DNA of 64,000 nt from a virus. The translations under genes were made by a program, and so were the position numbers. Each line of letters begins with the position of its first letter. The first letter of the stretch is position 1. Positions 60,789 to 64,000 of the stretch are shown in pieces. Below the pieces are notes generated by a model, which worked only from the letters and a program-made list of their open reading frames with translations, did no database searches and was not told the origin of the DNA. The stretch is from the IMG/VR virus record IMGVR_UViG_3300049043_000070, positions 64,001-128,000 of that record; one strand, written 5' to 3'.

Positions 60789-60831
60789 CGCCAAACCGAC
60801 CCGCCTGCCCTATAATAACTACATCAACGAA

Positions 60832-61976
60832 ATGACTTCCATGCCTGCCAAATCCGATGTGACCACCGAGCAGCTGACTTCTTATCTATCCAGCAACTTC
60901 GGCAACGATATCAACGCTGCTCAAGTTCAAGATGCTTGCGGCGTGTTTGGTATCACCTATGCTACTGCTACTAAGCGTCTGCGTGACTTTTATGTGAAGC
61001 GTGGCACTTGGAACCTGACTGTTCAGGAGCGCCTTGAGCAGACCTTCAAGGCACCTGCCGCTGCTCCTGCTGTTGCTGTTACCGCTCGGGAAAATCAGAA
61101 CCTTGTTCCTGACAAAGACCCCCATTATGTCCCGTTCGGGAATTTCTCGGATGTGAAAAAGATTATCCAATCTGGTCTGTTCTATCCTACTTTTATTACT
61201 GGTCTCTCTGGTAACGGTAAGACTTTCTCTGTTGAGCAAGCATGTGCCAAACTAAATAGGAGCTAATCCGTGTGAATATCACGATTGAAACTGACGAGGA
61301 TGATCTTATTGGTGGGTTCCGTCTTGTTGCTGGCGAAACTGTCTGGCATAATGGACCCGTCGTGGAGGCTCTGGAACGTGGACCTATTCTCCTTCTAGAC
61401 GAGGTTGACCTGGCATCTAACAAGATCCTGTGTCTCCAATCTATTCTTGAAGGTAAGGGTATCTTCCTGAAGAAGATTGGTAAGTTTGTTCAACCCGCTG
61501 CTGGTTTCAATATCTTCGCCACTGCCAACACCAAAGGTAAGGGTTCTGAGGATGGGCGTTTCATCGGCACCAATGTGCTGAACGAAGCATTCCTTGAGCG
61601 TTTTGCTCTGACCTTTGAGCAAGACTATCCTACCGTCACGATTGAGACTAACATTCTCAAGAAAGTTTCTGCCTCTCTGGGTATTGATGATGTAGAGTTC
61701 TGCGAGAACCTTGCCAACTGGGCAGACATTATCCGTAAAACTTTCAAGGATGGTGGTATTGATGAGGTGATCAGCACCCGCCGTCTGGTACACATCGTTC
61801 GTGCTTTTGCGATCTGGCAGGATCGTATCAAAGCTATCAAGGTCTGTGTCAATCGTTTTGATGATGAGACCAAGCAATCTTTCATCGAACTGTATGATAA
61901 GATTGATGCTAAGGTTGAAACTAAAAATGAATTAGAAGGAACCATGGAGATTGGTAATGCCAGCGATCCGTTCTGA
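60832..61976 (+). CDS. cobS: CobS-like MoxR-type AAA+ ATPase (indel at ~61260)
   Basis: Walker A GLSGNGKT, DEDDLIGG, Walker B LLLDEVD, ATANTKGKG, NEAFLERF, ISTRRLVHI. Confidence 0.9.
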
Positions 61977-62133
61977 TGAATTCCACGGTTACGTGGATCG
62001 TCTTGCCGTCCTCAAAGACGGCAGGACCGTTCGTATCCTAGGTGGCGAGGGTATGAAATTATTTGTCAAGGACCTTGACGGGAACCTTGAAGAATGCTAC
62101 CATGATAACATTGAACACATTTGGTCTGAATGA
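61957..62133 (+). CDS. Small hypothetical protein
   Basis: MPAIRSDEFHGYV... ORF tightly coupled to its neighbours. Confidence 0.55.
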   Translation: MPAIRSDEFHGYVDRLAVLKDGRTVRILGGEGMKLFVKDLDGNLEECYHDNIEHIWSE

Positions 62134-62417
62134 ACTACAAGTATAATGAAGACGCAATCCTTGAAGAGTTGCGCCAATACATCACCAATACTTACCAGCA
62201 GCATTATTCTGCTGGCGATGATAAAATCCAAACTCTTGATTTGATTGAAGCGTGTGGTGATGGTGAAGCTTTCTGTCGTAGCAACATCCTGAAGTATGCT
62301 TCTCGCTATGATAGGAAAGGATCTGCTAGAATGGACATCATGAAAGTCCTACACTACGCAGTTCTTCTTCTGAACTTCAACGACAAAAATGCCAAACGTG
62401 AAGATTACAACCGATGA
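62130..62417 (+). CDS. DUF3310-like protein
   Basis: TYQQHYS...IQTLDLIEA...AFCRSNILKYASRYDRKG...DIMKVLHY. Confidence 0.75.
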   Translation: MNYKYNEDAILEELRQYITNTYQQHYSAGDDKIQTLDLIEACGDGEAFCRSNILKYASRYDRKGSARMDIMKVLHYAVLLLNFNDKNAKREDYNR

Positions 62418-63079
62418 GTAAAGTAACCCTATCCAAGAAGACCTTTGATGTCCTCAAGAATTTCTCCAGTATCAATTCCTCCATCGTATTCCGCAAAGGA
62501 AGCACGTTACGCACTATTAGCAACGCAGAGAACATTCTCGCAGCGTTCTCTAGCGAAGAAGTATTTCCAATGGACTTCGCAATTTATGATCTCAGCCAGT
62601 TTCTTTCTGGGATCTCTCTGTTTAACAATCCTGAACTGGAGTTCTCATCCAGCGATTTTGTTAGCATCCGTGGCGGTGGTAAGTCTGCTCGCTACTATTT
62701 TTCTGATCCTGAAATCACCCTTAAGTCTGCGCCAGAAAAGAACGTAAAGTTTCCTGGTTCTGATATTCAGTTCAACATTACTGGTGAAGATCTCCTTTCA
62801 CTTCAAAAAGCATCTGCTGTTTATACGCTTCCTGACCTGACTTTCCAGAGCGAAGATAACCAAATCAAACTCATCCTTCGTGACAAAGAGAATGATACCA
62901 GCAATACTTACGAGCAATCCATTTCTGGTGATTGTACTGGCGACTATTCATTGGACGTTAAGATTGACAACATTCGTTTGTTCCCTGGTGACTACGTTGT
63001 TAAAGTATCCAAACATTTGATTTCTGAATGGACAAATCAAAATTTAGACCTTAAATATTACATTGCGTTGGAGCCATGA
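62414..63079 (+). CDS. gp45: Sliding clamp gp45
   Basis: LKNFSSINSSIVF, FAIYDLSQFLS, IDNIRLFPGDY, KYYIALE. Confidence 0.97.
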   Translation: MSKVTLSKKTFDVLKNFSSINSSIVFRKGSTLRTISNAENILAAFSSEEVFPMDFAIYDLSQFLSGISLFNNPELEFSSSDFVSIRGGGKSARYYFSDPEITLKSAPEKNVKFPGSDIQFNITGEDLLSLQKASAVYTLPDLTFQSEDNQIKLILRDKENDTSNTYEQSISGDCTGDYSLDVKIDNIRLFPGDYVVKVSKHLISEWTNQNLDLKYYIALEP

Positions 63080-63082
63080 CTA

Positions 63083-63418
63083 TTGAAACACATTCTTTTT
63101 ACCCTGAAGGGGTGTGCCGCTGATGATCTAGATGACGAAGGTTTTATCAGAGATGTGCTTTATCAAGCATCTATCAGGTGTAAATCAACGATGCTACATT
63201 TGAAATCGCACAAGTTTGAACCGCAAGGTGTTACAGCTGTTGCTCTGCTTGCTGAAAGTCATATTAGCATTCATACGTGGCCAGAGAATGGTACAGCAGT
63301 TTGTGACATCTTTACTTGTGGAGATCACACAGATCCTGATGCTGGTGTAGAATACATGCGGGCAGAATTGAATGCCACCAATATTGTGTCACAAACTATT
63401 TTGAGAGAGTTGGAATGA
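63083..63418 (+). CDS. speD: Pyruvoyl-dependent S-adenosylmethionine decarboxylase proenzyme (SpeD-like)
   Basis: HKFEPQGVTAVALLAE|SHISIHTWPE...CDIFTCG with the autocleavage E-S motif. Confidence 0.9.
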   Translation: MKHILFTLKGCAADDLDDEGFIRDVLYQASIRCKSTMLHLKSHKFEPQGVTAVALLAESHISIHTWPENGTAVCDIFTCGDHTDPDAGVEYMRAELNATNIVSQTILRELE

Positions 63419-63422
63419 GTAA

Positions 63423-63981
63423 TTAGCGATTTACTAATCTAAAACAATTTGGATAATTTTTACTATCAATTCTATATCTAACCTTTTTTTCACTCCATCC
63501 AAGAATACTCATAGCATCTTTTATACTATCATATTCAATTCCATCTATACTCACTGGGGATGAATTTGATTTTTTGATCGCATCAAAAAATTTTTTTGAT
63601 TGCTGTTTTCCTCTCATTCCGCGAGTGGCATATTCTTTTTTTGGTTTTTTATTATGATACTCTTTCATAGATTTTATAAAATTTGGAGATAATGAAGTAT
63701 TCCCACCTTCACCGCCAGTAGTCATGTTATACTTTGGATTTAGTTTGTTTATCCAAAACATTTCTCTATCATTTAAACTTTCTTCTGGTACTTCTGTTTC
63801 TATTTCTTCTATGATAAAATTTTCGCGTCCATATTTTCTTATTGCTCTATGAAGATATGTTTGTGAATTGTATGTATGTAGATCTATAGAAATGTTCTCT
63901 TAATCTTACTTCTTTTTTCTTGGTGGTCTTTCCGATGTAAAAATCTCCATTTGTTTGATTGATTATTTTGTATATAATCAT
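63423..63981 (-). mobile_element. Free-standing GIY-YIG homing endonuclease on the minus strand (one indel near 63880)
   Basis: Reverse complement from the ATG at 63981 reads MIIYKIINQTNGDFYIGKT...R..EH...LHRAIRKYG.ENF...LNDREMFWI...YNMTTGGEG, followed by a C-terminal DNA-binding-like segment; AT-rich. Confidence 0.8.
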
Positions 63982-64000
63982 GGTTGAAAAGTAACGCCCT

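Noticed and set aside
6691-61423. Stop-codon reassignment (alternative genetic code)
   Set aside because: Breaks are frame changes, not in-frame stops read through in the same frame; intact genes end at standard TAA/TGA/TAG.
60832-61976. Cobalamin-biosynthesis auxiliary metabolic gene
   Set aside because: No cobN or other cob genes in the window; the protein is a generic MoxR-type AAA+ ATPase paired with a vWA protein.
1-64000. tRNA, rRNA or CRISPR arrays
   Set aside because: No cloverleaf-like intergenic sequence or regularly spaced repeat-spacer array noticed by eye; intergenic gaps are short. A tRNAscan or CRISPR scan was not run.

Overview
A 64-kb slice of a T4-like cyanomyovirus (Kyanoviridae-type) genome, coded almost entirely on the + strand. 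Order: C-terminal part of a gp7-like baseplate wedge protein, gp8, a VrlC/DUF4815-like ~2700-aa structural protein and two giant tail-fibre-like proteins. Next is an ~8-kb accessory cassette (fibrinogen-like and beta-propeller adhesin-like proteins, a TIGR02466-type 2OG-Fe(II) oxygenase, a fibre-chaperone-like protein, a U32 Fe-S/methyltransferase fusion, Cys-rich minis). The conserved core follows: gp13-14-15-16-[small ORFs]-17-18-19-20-(67)-21-22-23, gp3, uvsY, uvsW, gp55, gp47, gp46, a vWA/CobS-like AAA+ pair, gp45, speD and an antisense GIY-YIG endonuclease. Many essential genes (gp16, 17, 18, 20, 22, 23, 46, 47, 55, uvsW) are broken by 1-2-nt indels, so the sequence almost certainly carries uncorrected sequencing errors. 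Gene limits below are stitched by eye across frames and are approximate. The most striking observation is two tandem alpha-helical repeats in the largest tail fibre that resemble phycobiliproteins, with a C-x-R-D motif and a second Cys in each. All family assignments come from motif recall, not database searches. No tRNA, rRNA or CRISPR array was seen.
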